Notes: a model not told the origin generated them from the letters alone. Positions 35,173-46,266 are shown, numbered from the stretch's first letter. The stretch is DNA of 61,140 nucleotides from Alphaproteobacteria bacterium UBA3307 (GCA_002361365.1 DEST01000115.1:1-61140), one strand, 5' to 3'. Numbers and translations: made by a program.

Positions 35173-37128
35173 ATGAAAATATGTAAAATATTTACCGCTT
35201 TTTTGAGCGGGCTGGTTTTATTACTTGGTGTATTATATCGCTTTTGGACACAATGCGAATCGGCGAATATGCTTGATTGGCATAATTATCATGTCGTTCC
35301 CGAAAAATTGAGCATTATCTTGGGTGGATACGTTTTTTTGTGGATACTTGCTTTGATTTTGTATTGTCAACGCAAAAAAATCTTGCAAAAAATGCAAAAA
35401 GTATCGTCTCTAAAATGCTATATGCAAATTTTGCCCTACGCTAAGCCTTATTGGGCACGCGCATTATTGGCCATTATAATCACGATGCCGATTGGGGCAA
35501 TGGACGCCGTGATTGCTTGGTCGCTCAAACCATTTATGGATGTGGTGTTGGTGGAAAAACAAACTGGTTGGACAATGTATATTCCGCTGATGATAATAGG
35601 ATTTAGTATTTTACAAGCAATATTTACCTATTTGGCCACATATCTCAACACATGGGTCGGCAATAAGATTGCTTTGAACTTAAAGCGAGATTTGTTTCGT
35701 TGTTTGTTGCGTAAAGATGCCGCATTTTTTGATACAACCGATTCCGGCACAATTTTACTGCGCTTTAATCGTGATGCCGAAATGGCTTGTGGCGGACTGC
35801 TAAATAGTATGCGCTTATTTGCCACGCGTTTTTTTTCTTCTCTTTCTTTATTGATGGTGTTATTTTATAATTCGTGGAAACTGGCTATTGTGGCAACAAT
35901 TGTGCTATTTGGAGCATTGTTACCGCTGACCAGAGTACGCAAACGGCTCAAAAAAGTGGTATCTAAAGATATCAATGCCGTTGCGCAGATACTTAAGCAT
36001 TATAATGAAGTTTTCAGCGGCAATCGGATTATTGCGGCCTATAACCTTTTCGGATATTGCAAAAAACGCTTTGAGCATACCATAAATTCCCTATTTGACT
36101 TGATGTTGCAAATGACCGCCAAAACCGGTGTCATTTCCCCTATTATGCACACCATATCGTCTTTTGGAATTGCGTTTGTTATTTGGTACGGCAGTTATTT
36201 GATTGTGGACAAGCAAATCACTGTCGGCAACTTTGCCTCATTTCTAACTTCACTGGTTATGCTCTATAATCCGCTTAAATCAATCGGTAACAATGCCAGT
36301 GGAATCGTGATGTCACTAATGGCGGTAGAACGTGTATTTGACCAATTCGGCGCAATCCCTAAAATTCATAACAAACCCCAAGCCGTACGTTTACAAAACT
36401 GCCGCGGAAATATTAAATACGAAAATGTTTCGTTTGCATATTCTAAAAACAAGCCGATTTTAAAACATATAAACTTAAATATCGAATCCGGTCAAACCGT
36501 AGCTCTAGTCGGTAATTCCGGAGGCGGAAAATCGACAATTTCTGCATTGTTGCCGCGATTTTATGATGTTTGTGACGGACATATCAAAATTGACAATACA
36601 GATATCAGAGATTTTGAGCTTGACAGCTTGCGTGACAATATTGCAATTGTGTTTCAGGATAACTTTTTATTTGGCGGAACAATCAGAGAAAATATTTTGC
36701 TTGGACGTACCGATGTAACGCCGCAAGAATTACAAAATGCAGTTAAAGCCGCGTGCTTGGAGGAATTTATAAGCACTTTGGATAAAGGTTTGGATACGCA
36801 AATCGGCGAGCGAGGTGTTTTGGTTTCCGGTGGGCAAAAGCAGCGAATCGCCATTGCGCGTGCGTTTGTGAAAAATGCGCCGATTCTGATTTTGGATGAA
36901 GCGACCTCGGCTCTTGATAACAAATCAGAAAAAATAGTACAGCAAGCGATTGATAATTTGATGAAAGACCGAACGGTCTTGGTTATCGCACACCGCCTTT
37001 CCACCGTGCGCAATGCCGATTGCATTGTTGTTTTAAATAACGGAGAAATTGTTGAACGCGGCACTCATGAAGAGCTGTTGGCCAAGGGCGGAGAATATGC
37101 CGCGCTTTATAAAACTCAATTAAGTTAA
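35173..37128 (+). CDS. ABC exporter, fused permease-ATPase (MsbA/ABCB-like). Possible about 73-aa N-terminal extension; alternative start at 35392.
   Basis: Six-TM exporter domain, then Walker A GNSGGGKST, signature VSGGQKQR and Walker B ILILDEATSALD. Confidence 0.85.
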   Translation: MKICKIFTAFLSGLVLLLGVLYRFWTQCESANMLDWHNYHVVPEKLSIILGGYVFLWILALILYCQRKKILQKMQKVSSLKCYMQILPYAKPYWARALLAIIITMPIGAMDAVIAWSLKPFMDVVLVEKQTGWTMYIPLMIIGFSILQAIFTYLATYLNTWVGNKIALNLKRDLFRCLLRKDAAFFDTTDSGTILLRFNRDAEMACGGLLNSMRLFATRFFSSLSLLMVLFYNSWKLAIVATIVLFGALLPLTRVRKRLKKVVSKDINAVAQILKHYNEVFSGNRIIAAYNLFGYCKKRFEHTINSLFDLMLQMTAKTGVISPIMHTISSFGIAFVIWYGSYLIVDKQITVGNFASFLTSLVMLYNPLKSIGNNASGIVMSLMAVERVFDQFGAIPKIHNKPQAVRLQNCRGNIKYENVSFAYSKNKPILKHINLNIESGQTVALVGNSGGGKSTISALLPRFYDVCDGHIKIDNTDIRDFELDSLRDNIAIVFQDNFLFGGTIRENILLGRTDVTPQELQNAVKAACLEEFISTLDKGLDTQIGERGVLVSGGQKQRIAIARAFVKNAPILILDEATSALDNKSEKIVQQAIDNLMKDRTVLVIAHRLSTVRNADCIVVLNNGEIVERGTHEELLAKGGEYAALYKTQLS

Positions 37129-37458
37129 TTTACATTTTTATCAATATCCGCTAATTTTTACTAGACACTTTTAAATATCTGTTTTATGCTGTCAGCAGAC
37201 AGGGAGGCCTGTTCGGGGTGTGGTAGCCTCTGCAATAGAAAGTATATAAAGACGTAAGGTTGCACGTCTACCGGTCATGTATATATGGTATATGGCTGGA
37301 AGGCGGCAAAATACGCCGTTTTAAAACTACATATATATGCTCGAGCGATATGTGCCGGTTATGGCTAATATGTCGCACAATCCTATTGCATTGTTACCAA
37401 CTTCCAGTCGCTTTTTTTGAGCGGCTTTTTTGTTTGTGACTTGAACTAAAGGGAAGTT

Positions 37459-39693
37459 GTGATGAAAAAAAGAAAAGGCAAAATTACGCCGAAAGTATCG
37501 ATAATAGTGCCGGTATATAATGTACAAGGATATTTGGGAAAATGCTTAAACAGCTTGTTAGCTCAAACCTTAAGAGATATTGAAATCATTTGCGTTAACG
37601 ACGGCTCAACAGACGATTCGTTAACAATTCTGGAATGTTTTGCCCATAAAGACAAACGCATCAAAGTTATAGACCAAGAAAACAGCGGTCCGGGAGTGTC
37701 GCGCAACAACGGTATACAAATTGCAAGTGGGGAATATATCGGTTTTGTTGACCCGGATGACTGGGTTAAAGAAGATATGTACGAAAAGATGTACAATCAA
37801 GCAAAAACTTTGGATTCCGATATTGTGATTTGTGATTATGTGCGTTATCAGGAATGGACCAACCGCATTATTCCGCAGCATTTTTTTGAAAAAGCCGTAA
37901 AATACATAAAAGCAGAACCGGTTGATATTCCTTCGGGCGAAAATATTAACCGTGAGACATTATTGGACACATTACTGATTTCTCCTTGTTATTCGTGGAA
38001 TAGAATCTATCGCCGCGAATTTTTGCAAAAAAATAATCTGCTTTTTACCGATAGTATGTGCTTTGAGGATTGTCCTTTTATTATAAAAAGTCATATATTA
38101 GCTCAAGCTGTTTCTTATATTGATTATGCCGGATATATTTATCGTTTGCGCAAAACTTCTATTTTGCGAGCCTATGATATGAGATATATTGATTTTTGCA
38201 AGATAGCGGATAATTTGAATAATTTTATTGCTTCCCAAAAACTTTCAGAAAGAATGGCGTTGAATATGCATTATTTCAAAACAATGAATTGTGCGTGGAC
38301 ATATAATAATCTTTCTGCAGAAATCAGGCATAAATTTATTAAATATATAAAAAAATTCTTAACCGCTAAAGAATTTTACGAAATGAAGAAGTATTGTCGT
38401 ATTCGCTTTAAAGATAAAATCAAGAAATTGTTTGAGAAATATGTTTCTGTCTATAAGCTGCCACGGCATAAAGTAATTAAAATTTTTGGAATAACTTTCA
38501 AAATAAAGCGCCGCTGCGGACGTTTGGGCGCAGAGCAACATTATATCCGTTTAGTGCGTAAAAATTATAAAAAATATCCTAAAGACACCTATTTGTTGTT
38601 TGATAATTTGCATGATGAAACGGCGGAAGCAATTGATGCTTATACTCTGTTTATAAAAATGAGAGAAAAGAACCTTAGAGCATTTTATGTGCTACGCAAA
38701 CAAACTGCATTATATCAAAAATTAGCTACCGAAAATAAGTTAGAAAACATCATTGTGCTAAATTTTTCCATTCACACTCATCCTAATGAATTTGTGCAAA
38801 AAATACACCAAGTTTTATACCGAACAAAGTGTATTATAACAGCTTTTGGAGAAACCAATGAAACTGTTGATACATTTTTTAAGCGCCACCCATCTTGGCA
38901 ATATATATTCATTCAACACGGACCTACATTTTTAAAAGAGAGTGTTCTTTACAAAGGTTATTTAAAGCCGGAAAAATATGATAAATATATGGTGTGTTCC
39001 AACCGAGAAGAAAACTTATTTTTAAAATATAAATTTCCTAAAGAAGAGCTTATAAAAGTAGGACTACCGCGCTGGGATTTACTTAAAAATCAACCTAAGC
39101 CCAAGGAGAAAAGTATTTTACTAATGATGACTTGGCGCAGTTTAAACAAAGTTACATTTGAAAACTCCTTATACAAGAAAAATTTGTTAAGTTTATTGCA
39201 TAATGAAAAATTACATTCTTATTTGTCACAGAATGATATTACTTTGTATTTTGCGCCGCATCACGCTTTGCTTTATATTGCACATATTGACTTTGATTTA
39301 TCTAATGAAAAAAATATTCAAATTATAGATACTCAAAATATTTCGCGATATATTCGTAAATGTTCTTGTTTATTAACCGATTTTTCATCGGTGGCATTTG
39401 ATTTTATGTTCCAAAATAAGCCGGTCATATTCTATACTCTTGATAAAGATGATACAATTTTAAATAAATATGATAAAGACGACTTATCCAGATTTGAATA
39501 TAAACAATATATTCTTCCTGATGTATATTTTGATGAAGAAGCTGTTGTTAATCGTGTTATTGAATATTGCGAAAACAATTTCAAAATTGACGAGCGCACG
39601 CGCGAAATCTACGATTCATTCTTTTACACAAAAGAAAATATCCGTGAACAATTGATAGAAAAATTAGAAGAAATTTGTCCCAATAAACAATAA
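37459..39693 (+). CDS. Bifunctional glycosyltransferase: N-terminal GT2 fused to a C-terminal CDP-glycerol glycerophosphotransferase (TagB/TagF-like) domain
   Basis: GT2 region: VSIIVPVYNV...CVNDGSTDDS...FVDPDDW. C-terminal region: FIQHGPTFLK...MMTWR...FAPHH...LLTDFSSVAFDFMFQNKPVIFY. Confidence 0.75.
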   Translation: MMKKRKGKITPKVSIIVPVYNVQGYLGKCLNSLLAQTLRDIEIICVNDGSTDDSLTILECFAHKDKRIKVIDQENSGPGVSRNNGIQIASGEYIGFVDPDDWVKEDMYEKMYNQAKTLDSDIVICDYVRYQEWTNRIIPQHFFEKAVKYIKAEPVDIPSGENINRETLLDTLLISPCYSWNRIYRREFLQKNNLLFTDSMCFEDCPFIIKSHILAQAVSYIDYAGYIYRLRKTSILRAYDMRYIDFCKIADNLNNFIASQKLSERMALNMHYFKTMNCAWTYNNLSAEIRHKFIKYIKKFLTAKEFYEMKKYCRIRFKDKIKKLFEKYVSVYKLPRHKVIKIFGITFKIKRRCGRLGAEQHYIRLVRKNYKKYPKDTYLLFDNLHDETAEAIDAYTLFIKMREKNLRAFYVLRKQTALYQKLATENKLENIIVLNFSIHTHPNEFVQKIHQVLYRTKCIITAFGETNETVDTFFKRHPSWQYIFIQHGPTFLKESVLYKGYLKPEKYDKYMVCSNREENLFLKYKFPKEELIKVGLPRWDLLKNQPKPKEKSILLMMTWRSLNKVTFENSLYKKNLLSLLHNEKLHSYLSQNDITLYFAPHHALLYIAHIDFDLSNEKNIQIIDTQNISRYIRKCSCLLTDFSSVAFDFMFQNKPVIFYTLDKDDTILNKYDKDDLSRFEYKQYILPDVYFDEEAVVNRVIEYCENNFKIDERTREIYDSFFYTKENIREQLIEKLEEICPNKQ

Positions 39694-39700
39694 CTAAGAA

Positions 39701-39738
39701 GTAAAAAAGCCTTACACTCCAATGCAAGGCTTTTTTAC
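39701..39738. terminator. Bidirectional intrinsic terminator
   Basis: AAAAAAGCCTT-acactccaatgc-AAGGCTTTTTT. Confidence 0.75.
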
Positions 39739-39748
39739 TTATAACCGT

Positions 39749-40729
39749 TTATTTTTCAATCGTCAGTTTGCCGTTATCCATTGTGGCTCTGCCGCCGAGC
39801 GGAATGGTGATAATCGGCGTGGTATGTCCGTAATCGACATTTGCCAGCACCGGAATATTTTTCAACTCCGGCTTATTGTTGATAATAAACTCCAGCATTT
39901 CACGCGACATTTTCGAGCCTTTTTGAAAGCGTCCGATAACAATGCCTTTAACATTTTTAAAATCCGGTTGGTGGCAAAGTGCCTGCAAATTGCGGTCAAA
40001 CACCACATCACTCGAATCGCCGGCATCTTCAATCATCAGTATTGTATCTTTCGGAAATTCAGGTCGATACGACGTGCCTAGCAATAAATTGAAGGTGCAA
40101 AGATTACCGCCGACAATCGTACCCTCGGCCTTGCCGTTATGAATATTCCAAAAGCCTTCATTTTTGATAAATTCGCGCTTTTCTTGGTCAATAAACCACA
40201 AATCATCGCTCCATTCGGCAGACGGACTTACTTCCACCGGCGAATCGGTAAACAGCATTTTTTGCAAATAGTCAAGTGTGTATTCGCAACCTTTTTTCAT
40301 ACCGATTGAGCTGAAATGCGGTCCGTAATAGGTTTCTAATCCCGTGCGCGCCGTAATAGCATCAAGCACAGCGGTAATATCGGAAAAGCCGCAGATAATT
40401 TTCGGATTGGCTTTAATTACATCATAATCCAAATGCGACAAAATCTGATTGCTGTTAAAGCCGCCGATAACCGTAAAAATCGCCTTAACCGACTTATCCT
40501 TAAAGGCGGTCATAATATCCGCGGCGCGCTGTTCAATCGAGCCGCAACCTTGCATATTCCAATTCTCATCGGTGGTATTCGGCGCAAATTCCACCGTCAG
40601 CCCCATATCATTAAAACGCTTAATGGCGATTTCACGGCAATCCTGCCCGATAAGTTTTAGACCGCGTGACGGCGCAATTACCATTATTTTATCGCCTTTT
40701 TGCAACTTCTCCGGAATAATTTTTTGCAT
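39749..40729 (-). CDS. LD-carboxypeptidase / MccF-like serine peptidase (S66)
   Basis: Nucleophile motif CGFSDITAV, and C-terminal VDYGHTTP with an upstream Glu. Confidence 0.8.
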   Translation of the reverse strand: MQKIIPEKLQKGDKIMVIAPSRGLKLIGQDCREIAIKRFNDMGLTVEFAPNTTDENWNMQGCGSIEQRAADIMTAFKDKSVKAIFTVIGGFNSNQILSHLDYDVIKANPKIICGFSDITAVLDAITARTGLETYYGPHFSSIGMKKGCEYTLDYLQKMLFTDSPVEVSPSAEWSDDLWFIDQEKREFIKNEGFWNIHNGKAEGTIVGGNLCTFNLLLGTSYRPEFPKDTILMIEDAGDSSDVVFDRNLQALCHQPDFKNVKGIVIGRFQKGSKMSREMLEFIINNKPELKNIPVLANVDYGHTTPIITIPLGGRATMDNGKLTIEK

Positions 40730-41311
40730 TTATTTTTCCTCCTGTTTGATAAGCGGTTTACAGCCGCAATAATTTTGATTATACAAATTTAATTCTTTAA
40801 TAAGTGTAGAACGTAGTTCCTGCATTCCGTGTTTGCGCCCCTCAATTTCCAAATACGGAAAATCCGTTTCCGCCGCCGCTTTATATGCCGCCTCATTAAC
40901 CTGTGCCAGATTTTTCCAACGCGACACACCTAAAACCGATGCCACCGCCGTATAACCGTTTGCTTTGGCATATTCCATAACTCTTTTCAGGCGCATATAA
41001 AAGCAAATCGAACAGCGTTTGCCGCGTTCCGGCTCATTTTCCAAACCGCGGGTTAATTCACACCACCGCTCGTTGTCGTATTCCAACTCAATAAACGGCA
41101 CACCATAAAGTTTGCACACGCGCTCATTTTCATCGCGGCGTTTAATGTATTCGGCAAACGGGCGAATGTTGGGATTATAAAACACCACAGCAAAATCGCG
41201 CCCCGTTTCCGCCAGCGTTTTAATCACGGCGCACGAACACGGCGCACAGCACGAAAGCAATAAAAACTTACCTGCAAAATTCTGCGGCACTATATTGAAT
41301 TCCACGTTCAC
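40730..41311 (-). CDS. queH: Epoxyqueuosine reductase QueH (DUF208), GTG start overlapping the uvrA stop
   Basis: [13 protein letters not shown] motif, plus conserved Cys residues (CSICF, YCGC). Confidence 0.8.
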   Translation of the reverse strand: MNVEFNIVPQNFAGKFLLLSCCAPCSCAVIKTLAETGRDFAVVFYNPNIRPFAEYIKRRDENERVCKLYGVPFIELEYDNERWCELTRGLENEPERGKRCSICFYMRLKRVMEYAKANGYTAVASVLGVSRWKNLAQVNEAAYKAAAETDFPYLEIEGRKHGMQELRSTLIKELNLYNQNYCGCKPLIKQEEK

Positions 41312-44127
41312 TTCAACTTGCCTTTCAGATATTTACCGGTGAAGCTTTTTTTGTTTTTTGCCACTTCCTCCGGTGTGCCTTGTGCCACAATCGTGCCGCC
41401 GCCATCGCCGCCTTCCGGTCCCACATCGACAATATAATCCGCCATTTTTATCACATCGAGATTGTGTTCAATCACCACTACGGTATTGCCCTGCTCCACC
41501 AGCATTTCCAAAACGTCAAGCAAATGTTGAATATCTTCAAAATGCAAACCGGTTGTCGGCTCGTCTAAAATATATAGCGTTTTGCCGGTGGCTTTTTTGC
41601 TCAACTCTTTAGAAAGTTTTATGCGCTGAGCTTCGCCGCCGGAAAGCGTCGGTGCCGGTTGTCCGAGCTTTACATATCCCAAACCGACGCGACGCAACAA
41701 ATCGAGCCGCCGCTTAATTGCCGGAATATTCTCAAAAAACTTGTAAGCATCATCAATTGTCATGTCCAAAACATCGGCGATTGATTTATCTTTAAACTTC
41801 ACTTCCAGCGTTTCGCGGTTATAGCGCGTACCGTGACAGGCATCGCACGGAACATAAACATCAGGCAAAAAGTTCATCTCGATTTTCATTACGCCGTCAC
41901 CTTTGCAAGCCTCACAGCGTCCGCCGGCAACATTAAACGAAAAATAGCCCGAAGTATAGCCGCGCGCTTTGGCTTCCGGCAATTCGGCAAACCAGTCGCG
42001 GATATTGGTAAACACACCGGTATAGGTTGCCGGATTAGAACGCGGCGTGCGCCCTATCGGCGATTGGTCAATATCAATTACCTTATCGATATTTTCCAAG
42101 CCGACTAGTTTATCATACGGTCCCGGCGGTACCCGAGAGCCGTTCATTTCTTTATCCACCGCTTTAAACAGCGTTTCCAAAATCAGCGAAGATTTGCCGC
42201 TGCCGGAAATGCCGGTAACACAAGTAAACGTACCTAGCGGTATTTTTAAATCAACATTTTTCAAATTATTGGTGCGTGCGCCTTTGAGTTCCAAGAATTT
42301 ACCGTTACCTTTACGGCGAATCGGCGGCAGGGCAATTTCTTTTTCGCCGTTCAAATATTTGGCGGTCAGGCTGTTCGGATTATGCAGAACTTCATCAACC
42401 GTACCGGCAGCGGTAACTTCCCCGCCCTTTGAGCCGGCGAGCGGGCCCATATCCACCAGATAATCAGCGGCACGCATGGCATCCTCATCGTGCTCAACCA
42501 CAATCACGGTATTGCCGATATCACGCAAACGGCGCAAGCTGTCCAATAACTTATCATTATCGCGCTGATGCAAACCGATTGACGGCTCGTCCAGAACATA
42601 CATCACGCCAGTCAAACCGGTGCCGATTTGCGAGGCTAAGCGAATCCGCTGTGCTTCGCCGCCGGAAAGGGTTCCCGACTGCCGCGACAAAGTCAGATAA
42701 TCAAGTCCGACATTATTCAAAAAGCTCAATCTCTCGCGGATTTCCTTAACAATCTTACGGGCAATTTCCTGTTTTTGCGGAGTTAGTGTTGACTCAACAT
42801 TATCGAACCACACCAACGCCTGCTTAATCGACATATTGCTGGCATCAATAATATCCAAACCGGCAATTTTAACCGCCAATGCCTCTTGTTTTAATCTCTT
42901 GCCGTGACATACTTCACATGGTGCGGCAGATTGATAATGCGAAAGTTCATCACGCACCGCTGCCGAATCGGTTTCTACAAAGCGGCGTTCCATATTTGGA
43001 ATCACACCTTCAAACGGTTTGTCCGTAACCCATTTAGAATATACCATCGGCACACAACGATTGCCGGAACCGTAGAGTATTGTTTCTTGCGCATATGCCG
43101 GCAAATCTTTCCACGGGGTTTTGTTAGATATATCAAGATATTCGCATAAAGAATTTAAGGTTTGGCGATAGAAAATCGAATGACTGCTGACCGACCACGG
43201 GGCAATTGCACCGCCTGCCAGACTCAGATTTTCATTTGGAACCACCAACTCCGGATCCATATATAAACTTGCGCCCAAGCCGCCGCAATGCGGACAAGCT
43301 CCTTGAGGATTATTAAACGAAAACAAGCGTGGCTCGATTTCTTCAATCGTAAATCCCGACACCGGACAGGCAAATTTAGAAGAAAACGTGGTGCGTGATT
43401 TATCACTCATATTTTCGACATACAATAAGCCGTCACTCAATTTTAAGGCGGTTTCCACCGATTGTGCCACACGCGTTTGAATTCCCTCTTTTATCACAAT
43501 GCGGTCAATCACCACCTCAATATTATGCTTGAGATTTTTATTTAAATTCGGCAGTTCTTCAATGTTATAAATCTCTCCATCGATTTCCAAACGCTGAAAT
43601 CCTTTTTTCTGCAACTCGGCAAATTCTTTTTTAAATTCGCCTTTTTTGCCGCGGGCAATCGGTGCCAGCAAAATCAATTTAGAACCTTGCGGATATTCCA
43701 GAATCTTATCCACCATCTGTGTGGTGGATTGCGCCTCTATCGGCAGACCTGTTGCCGGAGAATACGGAGTTCCGGCACGCGCCCACAGCAGACGCATATA
43801 ATCATAAATTTCGGTAATAGTGCCCACGGTAGAACGCGGATTGTGCGAAACGGTTTTCTGCTCAATTGAAATTGCCGGAGATAATCCCTCTATCGAATCG
43901 ACATCAGGCTTGTTCATCAAATCGAGAAACTGACGGGCATAGACCGACAAACTTTCGACATACCGCCGCTGTCCTTCGGCATAAATCGTATCAAATGCCA
44001 AAGAAGACTTACCCGAACCGGATAAGCCGGTAATCACCGTCAGCTTGTTTTTAGGAATGTTGACATTCACGTTTTTCAAGTTGTGCTGGCGTGCGCCTTT
44101 GATTTCAATATATTTATTCTCCGACAT
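41308..44127 (-). CDS. uvrA: Excinuclease ABC subunit A (939 aa from MSEN start)
   Basis: GGAGAAAAG before the ATG at 44127. [20 protein letters not shown], two ABC modules (GLSGSGKSS and GISGSGKSS), and zinc-finger Cys clusters. Confidence 0.95.
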   Translation of the reverse strand: MSENKYIEIKGARQHNLKNVNVNIPKNKLTVITGLSGSGKSSLAFDTIYAEGQRRYVESLSVYARQFLDLMNKPDVDSIEGLSPAISIEQKTVSHNPRSTVGTITEIYDYMRLLWARAGTPYSPATGLPIEAQSTTQMVDKILEYPQGSKLILLAPIARGKKGEFKKEFAELQKKGFQRLEIDGEIYNIEELPNLNKNLKHNIEVVIDRIVIKEGIQTRVAQSVETALKLSDGLLYVENMSDKSRTTFSSKFACPVSGFTIEEIEPRLFSFNNPQGACPHCGGLGASLYMDPELVVPNENLSLAGGAIAPWSVSSHSIFYRQTLNSLCEYLDISNKTPWKDLPAYAQETILYGSGNRCVPMVYSKWVTDKPFEGVIPNMERRFVETDSAAVRDELSHYQSAAPCEVCHGKRLKQEALAVKIAGLDIIDASNMSIKQALVWFDNVESTLTPQKQEIARKIVKEIRERLSFLNNVGLDYLTLSRQSGTLSGGEAQRIRLASQIGTGLTGVMYVLDEPSIGLHQRDNDKLLDSLRRLRDIGNTVIVVEHDEDAMRAADYLVDMGPLAGSKGGEVTAAGTVDEVLHNPNSLTAKYLNGEKEIALPPIRRKGNGKFLELKGARTNNLKNVDLKIPLGTFTCVTGISGSGKSSLILETLFKAVDKEMNGSRVPPGPYDKLVGLENIDKVIDIDQSPIGRTPRSNPATYTGVFTNIRDWFAELPEAKARGYTSGYFSFNVAGGRCEACKGDGVMKIEMNFLPDVYVPCDACHGTRYNRETLEVKFKDKSIADVLDMTIDDAYKFFENIPAIKRRLDLLRRVGLGYVKLGQPAPTLSGGEAQRIKLSKELSKKATGKTLYILDEPTTGLHFEDIQHLLDVLEMLVEQGNTVVVIEHNLDVIKMADYIVDVGPEGGDGGGTIVAQGTPEEVAKNKKSFTGKYLKGKLK

Positions 44128-44246
44128 TTCTTTTCTCCGTTGCATTTGATATATACCAAGCAAACACTTTTCGCAACTGTTTAATAAATATTGCAAATAA
44201 AAATTTTTTCAGTTAAATTTAAGGAAAAAATAAAACTAAAGGTCAA

Positions 44247-45365
44247 ATGGGTATGCCCTGCTTTTGTAAATACATATTTTGTCTGATATTTTGCTTGATA
44301 CCTTGTGTGACTCAGGCTAAAATTACGGTAGCACTGATTGTACCTATGGTTGGAGATTATAAACCGCAAGGTGATGAATTGATTATCGGAATTGAACGTG
44401 CAATTTCCGAAATAAATCAGGCCGGCGGATTACTAAAAAAGAAAATAGACCTCTTAAAAATAGATGACCAATGCAATGACAGCATTGCTGTTTCTACCGC
44501 GCAAATGCTGACAATCTTAAAAGATAAAAAAGTATCGCTAGTTATCGGACCTTATTGCGCCAATTCGTTTGAAAAAGTTGCAGATATTTATGCTAATGCA
44601 CGGATTTTTCAGATAATTCCGACGACCGTAAACTATACACATGCCAAAACAATTAAGAAAGGATTGGTAAAAATGCTCGGCTATACCTCTCAGGAAGCCG
44701 CCGATTTTTTTGCCTTTTACAACAAAAATTTTGCCGGTGATAAGGTGGCTGTTGTGGCCAATCAGGATGATGCAGAGAGTGTTGCCGAATCCACAGCAAT
44801 AGCCGCAGAATTTCAAAAACACGGCAAAGCTGTGGTATTAAAACAATATAATTATCAAATGACTGATAAAGATTATGCCGCTTTGGCGGAAAGATTATTT
44901 GCGGATAATTCAAAAATAGCGTTTTTACTTGGGTCTTCAGCCAATATACGTAAAATGGCGTATGCTTTACGTCGCAAAAATGAGAATTTTGTAATTTTTA
45001 CCAACAAATATAAGGCAGGAGAAAAATATTTTTCTACTCTCGGAGATTATGCCAATGGCACATATTTTATGGCACTTAAAGGTAATGTGGATAATCCGGA
45101 ATTTGCGGAAACTTTGGTAAATCTCCGCCTAAGCGGTTTTGAAGCAGAAGGTTTGGCTCTTTATGGCTATGAGGCTGTAAAATTGTGGCAAAATATAGTG
45201 CAAAAAGCCAAATCATTTGATTATGACAAACTATCCAACACCATCCGCAACAAGACAATCAACACAACATTCGGCACAAAAATGTTCCATAACGGTGCGC
45301 CTAAAGCAAACGAAAATTATGCAGTTTATAAATATATCGACGGCAATTTGGTCAAAGTTTATTAG
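44247..45365 (+). CDS. Periplasmic branched-chain amino-acid-type ABC substrate-binding protein (LivJ family)
   Basis: Signal peptide, then KITVALIVPMVGDYKPQGDELIIGIERAISEINQAGGLL...VIGPYCANS, a typical Peripla_BP_6 pattern. Confidence 0.75.
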   Translation: MGMPCFCKYIFCLIFCLIPCVTQAKITVALIVPMVGDYKPQGDELIIGIERAISEINQAGGLLKKKIDLLKIDDQCNDSIAVSTAQMLTILKDKKVSLVIGPYCANSFEKVADIYANARIFQIIPTTVNYTHAKTIKKGLVKMLGYTSQEAADFFAFYNKNFAGDKVAVVANQDDAESVAESTAIAAEFQKHGKAVVLKQYNYQMTDKDYAALAERLFADNSKIAFLLGSSANIRKMAYALRRKNENFVIFTNKYKAGEKYFSTLGDYANGTYFMALKGNVDNPEFAETLVNLRLSGFEAEGLALYGYEAVKLWQNIVQKAKSFDYDKLSNTIRNKTINTTFGTKMFHNGAPKANENYAVYKYIDGNLVKVY

Positions 45366-45421
45366 TACATCTTCCGTGTTTTTTTGCTTGCAATTTTGCG
45401 GATTTAGCTTAATATAACTCT

Positions 45422-45570
45422 TGTCGGCGAGAGGTCGCCGGCGGAGTGTCCTAGCTCCTTAAGAGAAATAACTCCTCAGATATGGGGAGCTGATGAATAT
45501 ATTGAATAAGTCAGACTGTTCTCTTACAGTTAGGAACTCCCCACCTTAAAGGAATTTAGGGTGGTTTTTG
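45422..45570 (+). ncRNA. Candidate small RNA (about 150 nt), class unassigned
   Basis: Sigma70-like TTGCAA-16 nt-TAATAT at 45388..45415. Several hairpins (CGGCGA/TCGCCG, GGAG/CTCC, GGGGAG/CTCCCC). Terminator CCACC...GGTGG plus a T-run at 45541..45569. No ORF. Confidence 0.35.
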
Positions 45571-45602
45571 TTTTTAATTTAAGCAAAAGAGGAGTTCAAA
45601 AA

Positions 45603-45833
45603 ATGTCAAATAAAAATTGCTGCTTTATGGATAAAGAAACGTTGCGCGAAATCGGCTATGAGCTGTGGAAATTGCGTAAACAACGCGGAATGTATTTAAA
45701 GAGTGTAGCTTTTCAGACCAAATTGCCGGAGCGGGTGATTGAAGGAATGGAAATCGGCAAATTTATCCAATATACCGCTTTTCGCCGTCTTACCGAATTT
45801 TACGGCAAAAAAATGCGTATTTCGTTTGAATAA
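45603..45833 (+). CDS. Small XRE-type helix-turn-helix protein (76 aa)
   Basis: AGGAG before the ATG at 45603. IGYELWKLRKQRGMYLKSVAFQTKLPERVIEGMEIGK resembles an HTH_XRE domain. Confidence 0.5.
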   Translation: MSNKNCCFMDKETLREIGYELWKLRKQRGMYLKSVAFQTKLPERVIEGMEIGKFIQYTAFRRLTEFYGKKMRISFE

Positions 45834-45922
45834 GACATAATCCACTGTATGTCAGGAGTTTATTGATTCTTGTCTGTCGGCAAAACCAAAAGAGCTAGAA
45901 AGAAAGTAATTTTATCAGATAC

Positions 45923-45951
45923 AAAAAACCTCCCTGCCAAACAGAGAGGTT
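45923..45951 (-). terminator. Intrinsic terminator of rpmJ
   Basis: The minus strand reads AACCTCTC-tgtttggcag-GGAGGTT followed by TTTTTT. Confidence 0.65.
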
Positions 45952-45988
45952 ATATCATAACAAAGGAGATTGTTATAAACTTTTTATA

Positions 45989-46114
45989 TTAACCCTGACG
46001 CGCTTTGAGCTTAGGATTCTTTTTGTTAATCACATAAACGCGACCTTTACGGCGAACGATTTTGCAGTTTAAATCGCGAACTTTTTTAGATTTCAAAGAA
46101 CTATAGCACTTCAT
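45989..46114 (-). CDS. rpmJ: 50S ribosomal protein L36 (41 aa)
   Basis: [41 protein letters not shown], with AGGAAG upstream. The track ORF is extended upstream. Confidence 0.9.
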   Translation of the reverse strand: MKCYSSLKSKKVRDLNCKIVRRKGRVYVINKKNPKLKARQG

Positions 46115-46266
46115 TTTTTCTTCCTTTACAAAACATTTTGAACGCAAAATAAGCCATTTATAAGCGATTGTCAACCGTTTTTTTGAAAAATCGCTAAAAA
46201 TTAAGACATATTTTAATTTTATGCCGTATAAATGTGGCAAAATGTAAGTTTACGGAGGGCTTATAG

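Noticed and set aside
45425-45480. Fluoride (crcB) riboswitch resemblance (GGCGAGAGGTCGCC ... CTGATGA)
   Set aside because: The conserved GAUGG, AACCGCC and CCUAC elements are missing, and no crcB-type gene follows.
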